Part shown: positions 18,529 through 26,844 of the stretch, piece by piece
Layout of the letters: the number at the start of each line of letters is the position of its first letter
How positions within the stretch are numbered: the first letter of the stretch is position 1
Virus record (IMG/VR): IMGVR_UViG_2898615884_000001
Location: 20,097-84,096 of that record
Source of the DNA: a virus
Lineage: Duplodnaviria > Caudoviricetes
Length of the DNA: 64,000 bases
Strand: one strand, 5' to 3'
Notes under the pieces: generated by a model
The model's database searches: none
What the model saw: only the letters and a program-made list of their open reading frames with translations
Told to the model about the DNA's origin: nothing
Position numbers and translations under genes: made by a program

Positions 18529-18869
18529 CGGAGGCCCAGCTCCCGTTCGAGCTCGGCGATGCGCCGGTCGCGGTCGGTGACTTGTCGCCGGAGCTCGGTG
18601 GGCGAGAGCGGCGCTGTCTTGACCAGCGCGTTGATCGCGACGCGGTAGAGAAGGTATGCGGGCCAGAGCGGCGCGAGCCCGACGCCGGCGATGGCGGCAG
18701 TGCGACGCCAAGACTCGATCTTGCCCGGCTCGTTCATGAGGGACGGCCACCTCTGGCAGCTCTGTTCGACCTCGCGGGCGATGAAGGGGTGGGCGGCGTA
18801 GCGCACTCCCAGGGCGAGGTAGACGGCGGTTCCGACGACGGCGGCGAGGACGTGGAGGGCGGTGTTCAT
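18525..18869 (-). CDS. Membrane protein with C-terminal coiled coil
   Basis: Two hydrophobic segments; RDRRIAELERELG. Confidence 0.55.
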   Translation of the reverse strand: MNTALHVLAAVVGTAVYLALGVRYAAHPFIAREVEQSCQRWPSLMNEPGKIESWRRTAAIAGVGLAPLWPAYLLYRVAINALVKTAPLSPTELRRQVTDRDRRIAELERELGLR

Positions 18870-18988
18870 AGCGCCCATTTCCAGAGCCAGGCGATGCAGG
18901 GCATCGCGGTGAGGACGCCGATGAGCGTGGCCCATTGGATGGCTTGGGCGGTGGCGCGGGTGAGGGCGTCCTTGGGGAGGTCAGCCAT
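18866..18988 (-). CDS. 40-aa membrane peptide
   Basis: MADLPKDALTRATAQAIQWATLIGVLTAMPCIAWLWKWAL; overlaps both neighbours. Confidence 0.45.
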   Translation of the reverse strand: MADLPKDALTRATAQAIQWATLIGVLTAMPCIAWLWKWAL

Positions 18989-19157
18989 GGGGTGGTTCTT
19001 TCTCGGGGCCGGTGGGTGTCTCGTCGGGGGTGAGGCCGTCGATGGTGACCGTGCCGAGGTGGACCGGTGGATGGTCAGGGATGCCGTTGTCGTCGCTGGT
19101 CCACCACCACGCCTCGCCCTTGCCGAACGTCATGATGGGCCGGTCGTCGTCCGTCAC
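18981..19157 (-). CDS. Hypothetical 58-aa protein
   Basis: GTGA coupling; MTDDDRPIMTFGKGEAWWW. Confidence 0.4.
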   Translation of the reverse strand: MTDDDRPIMTFGKGEAWWWTSDDNGIPDHPPVHLGTVTIDGLTPDETPTGPEKEPPHG

Positions 19158-19474
19158 GCTGTCGCCTCGCGCCGGTGGTCGGCGATGATCGGTAGTTCGA
19201 CGATGACGCCACCGACGGTGCGCGCGTGTTTGTCTGCGCGGTCAGGGGCGTCAAGGTAGGCGCGGACGATGCCGGTGCCGTCCACGACTAGGTGCACCTC
19301 TGATTCGGCCTCGTCGTCCTCGCTGAGGTCGAACCCGCTGTTGGTCGCGTAGTCGATGGCCAGTTCGGGGAGCGCGTTGCGGACGGCGTCCAGCATTCTG
19401 GCCATGACCTGGTGTGCGTCGTCGTCGGTGATGGCCACAAGCGTCACGGCGACGCGGTGGGTGGTGTCAGGCAT
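19154..19474 (-). CDS. Hypothetical protein
   Basis: SD AAGGAGGA, 106 aa. Confidence 0.55.
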   Translation of the reverse strand: MPDTTHRVAVTLVAITDDDAHQVMARMLDAVRNALPELAIDYATNSGFDLSEDDEAESEVHLVVDGTGIVRAYLDAPDRADKHARTVGGVIVELPIIADHRREATA

Positions 19475-19871
19475 GGGGCGTGTCCTCCTTCGGTCCGGGG
19501 TCGGGTATCCACCCGATGCCGTCGCACGCCCCGCAGGGTTCGAGTGCGAGGGCGGCGGCGCGGACACGCACCTCGTGCCAGGTGGCCCGCGCGTTCCCGC
19601 TCTCGGTGCACGTGGCGCCTGGAGGGGCGGCGCAGACCGGGCACGACACCTCCGCCGGGTCGGCAGGCGTCCGGACGGAGGGCGTCCATCCGGCGCATTC
19701 GGCGCAGTTCGGGCAGCGGCGGAGTCGGGTTGCGGCGGCGAGTGGCCGGAGCTTGTGCGCGAGTTCGCGGGGGAGGTCGCTGCTGGTGGCGGTGCAGGGG
19801 CGGCCGGGGTCGGCGAGGCAGGCCGGGCACCGCGCGGCGAGCGGATCGGCTCCAGCTTCAGGCATCAGCAC
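19467..19871 (-). CDS. Tandem zinc-finger protein
   Basis: Two CPxC-x-x-PG-x-x-C...H units plus CGACDG. Confidence 0.65.
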   Translation of the reverse strand: MLMPEAGADPLAARCPACLADPGRPCTATSSDLPRELAHKLRPLAAATRLRRCPNCAECAGWTPSVRTPADPAEVSCPVCAAPPGATCTESGNARATWHEVRVRAAALALEPCGACDGIGWIPDPGPKEDTPHA

Positions 19872-20553
19872 GGCCTTCCTCGGCCGGGCGTGGCCCCTGG
19901 TCGGCGCCGTGGCCGACGTGGACCTTGGCGAGCAGCTCGCGGACGGGCGCCTTGGTCATCGCGTCGTACTGGGCGCGGACCCAACGGACGTCGCCCATAG
20001 CGGTGTGCCGGTCGAACGCGCCCGGGTCGACGCCGAGCGCCCCGGAGAGCAAGTCGGAGTTCCACGGCAGTGCGGTCACGAGGGTCGGCCCCTGGTCGAC
20101 GACGTCGTGCGGCAGGCCCCGCGCGGCGAGTTGGTCGGCGCACTGCCGGAACACCCCGTGTGCCCAGCCGACCGCCATCGCCTCGACGTCGATCAGGTGG
20201 TAGTGCCAGCCGGGCTCCAGCCCGTGGCGGCGCAGCAGGATAGCGATCCGTTCGGTGTCGAAGTTCGGGACGGCGCCCACGATGTGCGGGTGGCCGGACA
20301 GGATCTCGGCGATCTCGCGGGCTGCCTTCGCCTGTGGTTTCGCGGCCTCGCCGGGGGCGAATCGTGCCCTGTGGTCGCTCAGGAACGGCTCAGGCAGCGC
20401 TGAGCACTTCGCGTAGTCGTGCTGGATGAACATGTGGTGTTCGTGCTCGGTGCCGTCGGGCTCGCGGATGATGGCGGCGAACTCCCAGATGTCGTCGTCT
20501 AGGGACAGGCCGGTGGTCTCGGTGTCCACGAAGGCGATGCGGGACTTGGTCAT
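19858..20553 (-). CDS. DEDDh 3'-5' exonuclease
   Basis: FVDTETTGL, VGAVPNFD, HTAMGD motifs. Confidence 0.85.
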   Translation of the reverse strand: MTKSRIAFVDTETTGLSLDDDIWEFAAIIREPDGTEHEHHMFIQHDYAKCSALPEPFLSDHRARFAPGEAAKPQAKAAREIAEILSGHPHIVGAVPNFDTERIAILLRRHGLEPGWHYHLIDVEAMAVGWAHGVFRQCADQLAARGLPHDVVDQGPTLVTALPWNSDLLSGALGVDPGAFDRHTAMGDVRWVRAQYDAMTKAPVRELLAKVHVGHGADQGPRPAEEGRADA

Positions 20554-21065
20554 GTTCTCTCCGGTCGTGCGGGCGGGTCGGGGACCTGGTCGTATTCGCC
20601 GCGCGCGATGAGCTGGTGTGCGTTCTTGGCCCACGCGGCGAACCGCCGCCGGATGTAGGGGCGCCCGTTCAGGCCAGCCCACCAGCACGCCAGAAGGACC
20701 TCGGTGCGGGTGACGCCGTAGTCGAGGGCGACGTCCTCGGGTGCGTCGCCGGCGTGGACGCGGTCGGCGATGGCCGCGCAGGAGATGCCCCGGATCATGG
20801 GCTGGCCGGAGCGGACGGCGGGGTCCACGTGGATGACGGGCCTCGGCCAGTCGCAACCCCACGGGGTGGTGGGTGTCGAGGAGTCCCCTTCGAGCATCTC
20901 GGCCGCCGCTCGGAGCGCGGAGGCGAGGTGGGCCATCAGCGCGTCCTCGTCGTCCGTGACGGGTGCGACGCTGTCGAGCGCGCCGTCGTCGACGGTCTCG
21001 ACGGTGAGGAGTTCCTTGATCTCGCCGGAGCCGGCGTCGAGCGTGACGCGGATCTTCGGGCTCAT
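20550..21065 (-). CDS. DUF433-domain protein
   Basis: IHVDPAVRSGQPMIRG...AGDAPEDVALDYGVT. Confidence 0.75.
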   Translation of the reverse strand: MSPKIRVTLDAGSGEIKELLTVETVDDGALDSVAPVTDDEDALMAHLASALRAAAEMLEGDSSTPTTPWGCDWPRPVIHVDPAVRSGQPMIRGISCAAIADRVHAGDAPEDVALDYGVTRTEVLLACWWAGLNGRPYIRRRFAAWAKNAHQLIARGEYDQVPDPPARPERT

Positions 21066-21739
21066 GCTGCGGCCCCGCTGGTGAGGTTGTCCAGCTCGGT
21101 TTGGAACGCGGCTTGGGTGATCGTCGCTGCGCGCGCTGCGTCCTCGTCTGACAGCTCCAGGCCGACGATGACCTGCTCTACGACCCGCCCGACGAGCGTG
21201 ACGTAGGTGGTGCCGACCTGGCGGAAGACGTCCACGATCGTGGCTGTGGCGCCGGCGTCCAAGGCGGCCTTGGAGACCTGCGCGAGGTGGCGGCGTTCCT
21301 GCTGGTAGAGGACGATCCACGCGTTCGGGGTGGCCTTCTTCTTCACCTCGCGGTCGGCGCCGATGGTCTCCTCGGTGACGCCCCAGACGATCTGGTCCTC
21401 CTCCAGTTCCTGGACGCGGAGCTGGAGGTAGGCGACGGTCGCGGCGGACCGTTGGACCTCTTGGAGGAGGGCGGTGGCGGGGTCGATGTCGAGCGAGCCG
21501 CCGAACCGCTCGGCGGCGATGCGGGCTTTCGCGGTGCGCGCGGCGACGCGTGCGTTCCGGACGGATCCACCGTGGAGTTTGCAGTTCCCTACGCCGGGGC
21601 CTTCGTCGTTGGTGGCGTGGTCGGTTGCCCAGCCGGCCGGGAGGTGGCAGGCGGTCCCGGAGCCGTCCCTCTTGCGGGCGTGGCAGTGGTTCCGGGTGCA
21701 GCCTTCGAGGTCGGGGCCGTCCTCGTTTGGTCTGGCCAT
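21062..21739 (-). CDS. HGGxSTG-type protein, probable terminase small subunit
   Basis: Cys/His N-terminus ending CKLHGGS, then DPATALLQEV...WGVT...WIVLYQQER...ALDAG. Confidence 0.6.
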   Translation of the reverse strand: MARPNEDGPDLEGCTRNHCHARKRDGSGTACHLPAGWATDHATNDEGPGVGNCKLHGGSVRNARVAARTAKARIAAERFGGSLDIDPATALLQEVQRSAATVAYLQLRVQELEEDQIVWGVTEETIGADREVKKKATPNAWIVLYQQERRHLAQVSKAALDAGATATIVDVFRQVGTTYVTLVGRVVEQVIVGLELSDEDAARAATITQAAFQTELDNLTSGAAA

Positions 21740-21818
21740 GGTCACCCCCTTGGCCCCCATTGTGCCCTGTACGGCGTACGGAGTGGGGGAGTCGGTGGCA
21801 GCGACCTTTGCGCCTCGG

Positions 21819-22319
21819 CTAGGACTTGTTCAGCTTCTTGATCCGTCGCTGGATCGCGCCCTTCTGCGCGCTCATCTTGTCGAACTGCTCGATGGTCCTG
21901 ATCTCCTCGCCACGCCACGTCGTGTCGATGTCGAGAGCCCAGATGCCATCGAGCGCCTTCTGCCTGATCGCCTCGGAGAAGCGGGTGTTGTTGATGATCT
22001 CGGAGAGCTCTTGCAGCCGGCGGTGCCGGTCCGTCTCCTCGACGAGGAGTTGAAGGGCTGGCTCTCGTTCATTCGGTGGGGCCTCGGCGACGCGTTCGGC
22101 GGCCTCGATCACCTGCTGCTCTTGTTCGGCGAGCTTCTGTTCCATGCTCATCTCGATGCCTCCCGGGAGGGTGAGGGAGGTCATGCGGGCGAAGACGCTG
22201 TCAACGGCGTCCCGGTGTCGCTTGAGGATGAAGATCACGAGGGTGAGTACTGCGAGGGGCCAGGCGAAGGAGCCGATGAGTTTGGCGATGGCCTCGATGA
22301 GCTTGATCCAGTTGTCCAT
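21819..22319 (-). CDS. Membrane-anchored moron protein
   Basis: N-terminal TM (FAWPLAVLTLVIFIL), coiled coil, visibly lower GC than the flanks. Confidence 0.7.
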   Translation of the reverse strand: MDNWIKLIEAIAKLIGSFAWPLAVLTLVIFILKRHRDAVDSVFARMTSLTLPGGIEMSMEQKLAEQEQQVIEAAERVAEAPPNEREPALQLLVEETDRHRRLQELSEIINNTRFSEAIRQKALDGIWALDIDTTWRGEEIRTIEQFDKMSAQKGAIQRRIKKLNKS

Positions 22320-22443
22320 CGGGGGGCTGGTCCGTTCGGTTGCTGGTGGGGTTGGACGGGTTGGACGTTGTGGTTGCTGGCGTGGTTCACCGCTTGTTCG
22401 GGGGCGTGCCTACGTCGCGTGGGGTCGGCTCGATGGGGTGAGT

Positions 22444-22749
22444 TCAGCTCGACGGTGGGAGCCAGCGCGGGTCGTAGTCGGCGTGGTCGTCCCAGATCAC
22501 TGCGAGGTTCTGGAGGACTAGGGCGTAGCCGAGGGCGATGCCGTCGGTGAACTGGGTGCGGGCTTCGAGGGCTTGGGCGTGTGCGGCTCGTGCTTCGCGG
22601 GCGATGGCGCGTTTGGCGTTGATGTCGCGGAGGGCCTGGGCGGGGGCGGGGGTTGCGGTTTGGGTGAGGCGGTGTTCTTCGTCGTCCAGGCGCGCTTCGG
22701 TGAAGGTGGCGAGGTCCAGGAGGAACGGGGTGGGGTTGAACGTGGTCAT
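22444..22749 (-). CDS. DUF6221-like protein
   Basis: FTEARLDDEE...LRDINAKRAI...LAVIWDDHADYDPRW. Confidence 0.7.
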   Translation of the reverse strand: MTTFNPTPFLLDLATFTEARLDDEEHRLTQTATPAPAQALRDINAKRAIAREARAAHAQALEARTQFTDGIALGYALVLQNLAVIWDDHADYDPRWLPPSS

Positions 22750-22758
22750 GCTGTTGTC

Positions 22759-22941
22759 CTACTCGGCTTCGGTCCAGGGTCCGTGGAGTTGCCAGCCGTT
22801 CTGCTCGGTGGGTTTCTCGGGTTCGCGGTAGACGAGGACGCCGCCGTATTGTTCGGCGGCGGCGCGGGCGAGTTGTTCGGCGTTGGGGCCGGTGATTTGG
22901 AAGAGGATCTCACCGTCCACGCGCGCCGCCCAGGTCTTCAT
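22759..22941 (-). CDS. Hypothetical protein
   Basis: ATGA coupling, 60 aa. Confidence 0.5.
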   Translation of the reverse strand: MKTWAARVDGEILFQITGPNAEQLARAAAEQYGGVLVYREPEKPTEQNGWQLHGPWTEAE

Positions 22942-23156
22942 TGGTCGTCGTCTCCGGCTTCGTCTGCGCCTCGGTGGGGGTCGTCGGGGTGGCGTTCGGC
23001 GCGGAGCATGTACTTCAGGTGGGTCGCCTCGTAGCTGTTGACGATGCTGAGCATCTCGATGTCGGTGAGGTCGTGCTTCTCCTGGAAGTCGATGAGGAGG
23101 ACGCGGAGGTCGGCGAGGGCGCCCCCGACACGCATGGTGCGTTCGTGGAGTTTCAT
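22938..23156 (-). CDS. Hypothetical protein
   Basis: ATGA coupling, 72 aa. Confidence 0.55.
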   Translation of the reverse strand: MKLHERTMRVGGALADLRVLLIDFQEKHDLTDIEMLSIVNSYEATHLKYMLRAERHPDDPHRGADEAGDDDQ

Positions 23157-23392
23157 GGCTGCCACGGTTCCCGTCGGGTTGAGGTGACGTGGGTGGTGGT
23201 GATGCGGGTGACGCGGTGCTGGTGTCGGGTGAGGCAGGGGTCGCATACGCGGAGTTCGAGTTCGCCGGTTTCGTCGTAGGTGGAGCTGTAGCCGGGGGCG
23301 CCACGGAACGGTGTGGAGTCGCCGTCCGCGAGGTCGTCGCCGCAGGAGAAGCAGGCCGGGGTGGGCTGCTCCGGTTCGGGGTTGGGGGTCAT
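23153..23392 (-). CDS. Small zinc-binding hypothetical protein
   Basis: CFSC...CDPC. Confidence 0.5.
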   Translation of the reverse strand: MTPNPEPEQPTPACFSCGDDLADGDSTPFRGAPGYSSTYDETGELELRVCDPCLTRHQHRVTRITTTHVTSTRREPWQP

Positions 23393-23435
23393 GGCCGCCA
23401 GCCTTCCTGCTGGAGCGCGTGCGTGGCGAGATCCA

Positions 23436-24137
23436 TTACACGCCAGCATCCCTCAGGATTCTCCCGACCGTTGCGATGCCGCGTCCGACCTCCCGCGCGA
23501 TTGCAGGATGGGTGCGTCCTTCCCGACGGAGGGCGACGATCCGGGAACGCTCGTCGTCCGAGAGGCGCGTCTGCCGCAGTCCGCGTGAGCGCCGAGCTTC
23601 CTTCTGGCGCCGGTTGCTCCGTTCGTTCTCGCATGTCCGGCAGCGGTGCACCTCACGCCCCTGCTGGTGTACTACCACCAGGTTGTCGCCTTCCTTTGCA
23701 TGGCCTCTAGGGCAGTGGGTCTTACGCGGAGGTCGGTAGGCGCGGCCGCGAGCGACCGCGTCTCGCACGTTCTCCACGACCGTTCCCGGATAGAGGTGGG
23801 CGGGATTGACACAGGGCGGGGTGTCACAGTGATGGAGGATCCATATGCCGTCTGGGATTGGCCCGCGCTCGCGTCGCCATGCTTCTCGATGTGCGAGGTG
23901 CTTGCTCTTCCAGCGTCCGTAGCCCTTCGGGTCGGCTTTGCCTGTCCAGAGCCAACATCCGTAGTCGTGCGTCTTCTCGACCTGGCTCCAGAAGTCGTCG
24001 ACGAACCTGGGGGCGATCTCGCGTTCCTCGACCGGGGTGTGGTCGAGCCAGTAGCGATAGCACCGGCTGCACATCCCGCGCGTTAGCTTTCCGCCTGTGC
24101 CACATCCTGGGGTTGAGCAAATACGGTCCTGGGTCAT
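23436..24137 (-). CDS. HNH endonuclease with C-terminal HTH
   Basis: CWLWTG...LAHR...ILHHCDTPPCVNPAHL...N; HCPRGH; terminal HTH. Confidence 0.9.
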   Translation of the reverse strand: MTQDRICSTPGCGTGGKLTRGMCSRCYRYWLDHTPVEEREIAPRFVDDFWSQVEKTHDYGCWLWTGKADPKGYGRWKSKHLAHREAWRRERGPIPDGIWILHHCDTPPCVNPAHLYPGTVVENVRDAVARGRAYRPPRKTHCPRGHAKEGDNLVVVHQQGREVHRCRTCENERSNRRQKEARRSRGLRQTRLSDDERSRIVALRREGRTHPAIAREVGRGIATVGRILRDAGV

Positions 24138-25324
24138 GGTGCTCCGGTGATCGTCTGCTCGTGCATCCGCTCGCGCAGATGCTCGGGCGTGTGGTGGGTG
24201 TGCTGGTCGGCTGGTTCAGGTTCCCACCGGCCGGGGAGGGCGGGGGGTCGTTTGGCAAGGCGGGCGGCTTCGGACTCGGCGGCGATCTGGGCGAGGTGCT
24301 TCCTCGCGGCGGCGATGGTTTGGGCGACGGAGGGGCGGGGCCCGTCATGTTCGGGTTGCCGGTCGGGCGTGGCGGCGGCGAGCGCTTCGGCGACCGAGCG
24401 GCTGTCGGGCAGCGCGGGCCCGGTCGGGGTGCGGTCGTCGTACGGGTCGTCGTCGTCGTCCGGCGCGGTCGTGGTGGCGGTCGAGTGGAGCTGGACGGCC
24501 TCGACGATGTCGAGCAGATCGGTTTTGGGTGACCCGTCGGGGTGGACGGTCATCGACTCCATGTACTTCACGAGGTCCACGACTCGCGTGCCCGCGCGCC
24601 CCCGCACGACCTCGATCACGGCGGCGGCTTCCTCGTCGGTCAGTCCGTAGCGCTCGTGAAGCCAGCGGGTGCCTTGCCGGTCTCGCGCGCGCGTCGACTG
24701 ACTGATCGGTGTATCTGGTCGGTGGACCTGATCGGTGGGCGGACATGCTGCATGTCCGGTTGAGGCGTCAGGATGTCCGGTTGAGGTTCGCGTTTTGTCC
24801 GGTTGAGAATCCTCATCCGGACACTCATAGGTGTCCGGATGAGGCGCGGTCTCAACCGGACGTTCTTGGGTGTCCGCTTGAGACGGTTCGGCGGGCAGCG
24901 CTTCGGCCGCCATCTCGGGAAGTTCGCAGTCTCCCCACGCGGGCGCCAGGATCTCGGCGAGCCGCGCGAACACTGCGGCCGGGAACGTGGCGATGTAGAC
25001 GCTGGCGCGGGTCGTGCCGTCGCCGTTGCGGCCGCCGCGCTGCACGCACATCAGCCAACCGCCGGCGATCGCCTGGTCGAGATGCCTGCGCAGCGTCCGC
25101 TCCGTACCGCCCCGCGCGAGGACGAACCGGTGATACCCGGGGCGGCCCTGGGTGCCGTCGGGGTTCATGTACAGCGCGAGGACGCACAGGGTGTACCGGA
25201 CCTTCTCGGGCAGGTCGAGGCCAGCGATGTGCAGTGCCTTCTGCCAGATGAAGACTCCCCGGGCGCCGAGCAGCGCGGCCGGTACGGGTTCCGGCGCCGG
25301 AGCGGCACGCGGACTTTCGGGCAT
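24134..25324 (-). CDS. Replication initiator 1 (N-terminal winged helix, internal iterons)
   Basis: LCVLALYMNPDG...RPG...TERTLRRHLDQAIAGGWL; repeat-coded linker. Confidence 0.75.
   Translation of the reverse strand: MPESPRAAPAPEPVPAALLGARGVFIWQKALHIAGLDLPEKVRYTLCVLALYMNPDGTQGRPGYHRFVLARGGTERTLRRHLDQAIAGGWLMCVQRGGRNGDGTTRASVYIATFPAAVFARLAEILAPAWGDCELPEMAAEALPAEPSQADTQERPVETAPHPDTYECPDEDSQPDKTRTSTGHPDASTGHAACPPTDQVHRPDTPISQSTRARDRQGTRWLHERYGLTDEEAAAVIEVVRGRAGTRVVDLVKYMESMTVHPDGSPKTDLLDIVEAVQLHSTATTTAPDDDDDPYDDRTPTGPALPDSRSVAEALAAATPDRQPEHDGPRPSVAQTIAAARKHLAQIAAESEAARLAKRPPALPGRWEPEPADQHTHHTPEHLRERMHEQTITGAP
24753..24882. repeat. Iteron cluster (putative origin 1): TGTCCG(G/C)(T/A)TGAG x7
   Basis: Copies at 24753, 24774, 24796, 24832, 24871 (direct) and 24812, 24851 (inverted). 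Confidence 0.75.
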
Positions 25325-25449
25325 GCGAGGGACTCCCCAGGTCGAGGCAGGGGTGGGGGAAGCGACGACCCGGGGAGCGGGCGTCGGATGGGACGGGCCT
25401 ACGGGGGCCGGAGGATCAGGCGGGAGCGCCGCCGTCGGGCAACGGCATG

Positions 25450-25854
25450 TCAGGCGTCGGAGTCGGTTTCCGCCGCGCGCTCTTCCTCAGCGATCTCGGC
25501 GCCGGCCTTGATGAGGCGGGGCCGGTGGATCATCGTGTTGGTCGGCCGCTTGGCCTTGCCGGCGAGGCAGGGACCGCTCTCCACTTTGCAGCTGGGGCAC
25601 GGCAGGGTCAGCGCACGCGCGCGGATGCGGGCCTTGCGCTCTTCCCAGGCGGCGTCGGCGCGGTCGATGAGTTCCTGCGGCGGTCGTTCCGGGAGTTCCG
25701 CGCCGGGGCGGCGCATGAAGTAGGCCCAGAGCGCCTCGACGAGCTGGCTGCGGGTCGTGCCCATGGCCTCGGCGATGAGTTCGCCGGGCTCCCAGTTGTC
25801 GTCCGAGAGGGTGACGGACCGGTGTTGGCGACCGGGTTGGGGCTGTCTGGGCAC
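25450..25854 (-). CDS. Ribbon-helix-helix-like regulator with C-terminal zinc finger
   Basis: HRSVTLSDDNW...AEAMGTTRSQLVEALWAYF; CPSC...C...H..R. Confidence 0.65.
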   Translation of the reverse strand: MPRQPQPGRQHRSVTLSDDNWEPGELIAEAMGTTRSQLVEALWAYFMRRPGAELPERPPQELIDRADAAWEERKARIRARALTLPCPSCKVESGPCLAGKAKRPTNTMIHRPRLIKAGAEIAEEERAAETDSDA

Positions 25855-25869
25855 GAACCGGAGTTTCTC

Positions 25870-25955
25870 AGGTCCACGTGTGCTTATCAACGCGCTGCCT
25901 TTCCGTGCGGTGAGTTGAGGTCCACGTGGACCTAAGTTAAGGTCCACGTGGACCT
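25870..25955. promoter_or_regulatory. Operator palindromes AGGTCCACGTGGACCT
   Basis: Perfect 16-bp palindromes at 25918-25933 and 25940-25955, partial copy at 25870-25880, between divergent genes. Confidence 0.8.
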
Positions 25956-25987
25956 AATCGCAACCCCGACATGCCAAGGGAGATCAG

Positions 25988-26794
25988 ATGCCCCGCACCC
26001 TCGTTGCCGCCGCCCCCGGCCCGGCGCGTCTCGACATCACCGTCCCTTTCGGACACGTCAAGATCGCCGCCGCGCCCGGCTGCGCCACCGCCACCCTGAC
26101 CCTGACCGCGACCACCACCGACCCCGCGCTCGCCGACCTCATCGACCGCGCCACCCTCCACACCACCGACCACGGCCTCGTCGTCGCCGTCCCCAAACTC
26201 CCCGGCACCGCCACCATCCGCACCAACGGCAACTTCGGCATCCAGGTCCAGGCCAACCACGGCAGCGGCACCTTCATCGCGGGCGACTACCACGGCGCGA
26301 ACGTCATCAACGGCCAGCACATCCAGCCCGGGGCCCCGCCCCGCGCGGTATCCGGGGACATCGAGGTCGTCGCGCTCGTACCGCCCGGCAGCGACATCGA
26401 GGTCGACGGGAACGCCGCCGACCTGAGCGCCAAGGGCCGCCTCGGCTCTGTCACCGCCCACGCCAGTTCGGGGGACGTGGACGTGGACACCGCCGACACC
26501 CTGACCGTCCGCACGACGTCTGGTGACGTCCATGGCGCCGAGGTCACCGGCCGGACCGACATCACCACCACCGCCGGCGACATCAGCATCGCTAGGTTCG
26601 GCGGCACGGGCGACTTCGTCACATCCTCGGGAGACGTCACCGTCGCCGCGATTCAGCGGGGTAACGTCCGCGCCCGCACCTCAACCGGGGACATCCGCGT
26701 CACTGCCGCGCCTGGTATCGCCGAGGGGTTGACGGTCTGGGCCCGGAGCAGCGTGGGGTGTATCCGCGTTCCGGACGGGGCGGCTGCGGGCTGA
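25988..26794 (+). CDS. DUF4097-like beta-strand repeat protein
   Basis: Repeated xTxSGDVx units (ASSGDVDV, TTSGDVHG, TTAGDISI, TSSGDVTV, TSTGDIRV). Confidence 0.8.
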   Translation: MPRTLVAAAPGPARLDITVPFGHVKIAAAPGCATATLTLTATTTDPALADLIDRATLHTTDHGLVVAVPKLPGTATIRTNGNFGIQVQANHGSGTFIAGDYHGANVINGQHIQPGAPPRAVSGDIEVVALVPPGSDIEVDGNAADLSAKGRLGSVTAHASSGDVDVDTADTLTVRTTSGDVHGAEVTGRTDITTTAGDISIARFGGTGDFVTSSGDVTVAAIQRGNVRARTSTGDIRVTAAPGIAEGLTVWARSSVGCIRVPDGAAAG

Positions 26795-26844
26795 CCTAGG
26801 CGTTCTGCGTTTTCTCACGTCGTTGCGGATTTCTTGGAGGACTT

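Noticed and set aside
18525-18988. Small membrane genes as holin/spanin
   Set aside because: No endolysin nearby and they lie among early/middle genes, so there is no positive evidence.
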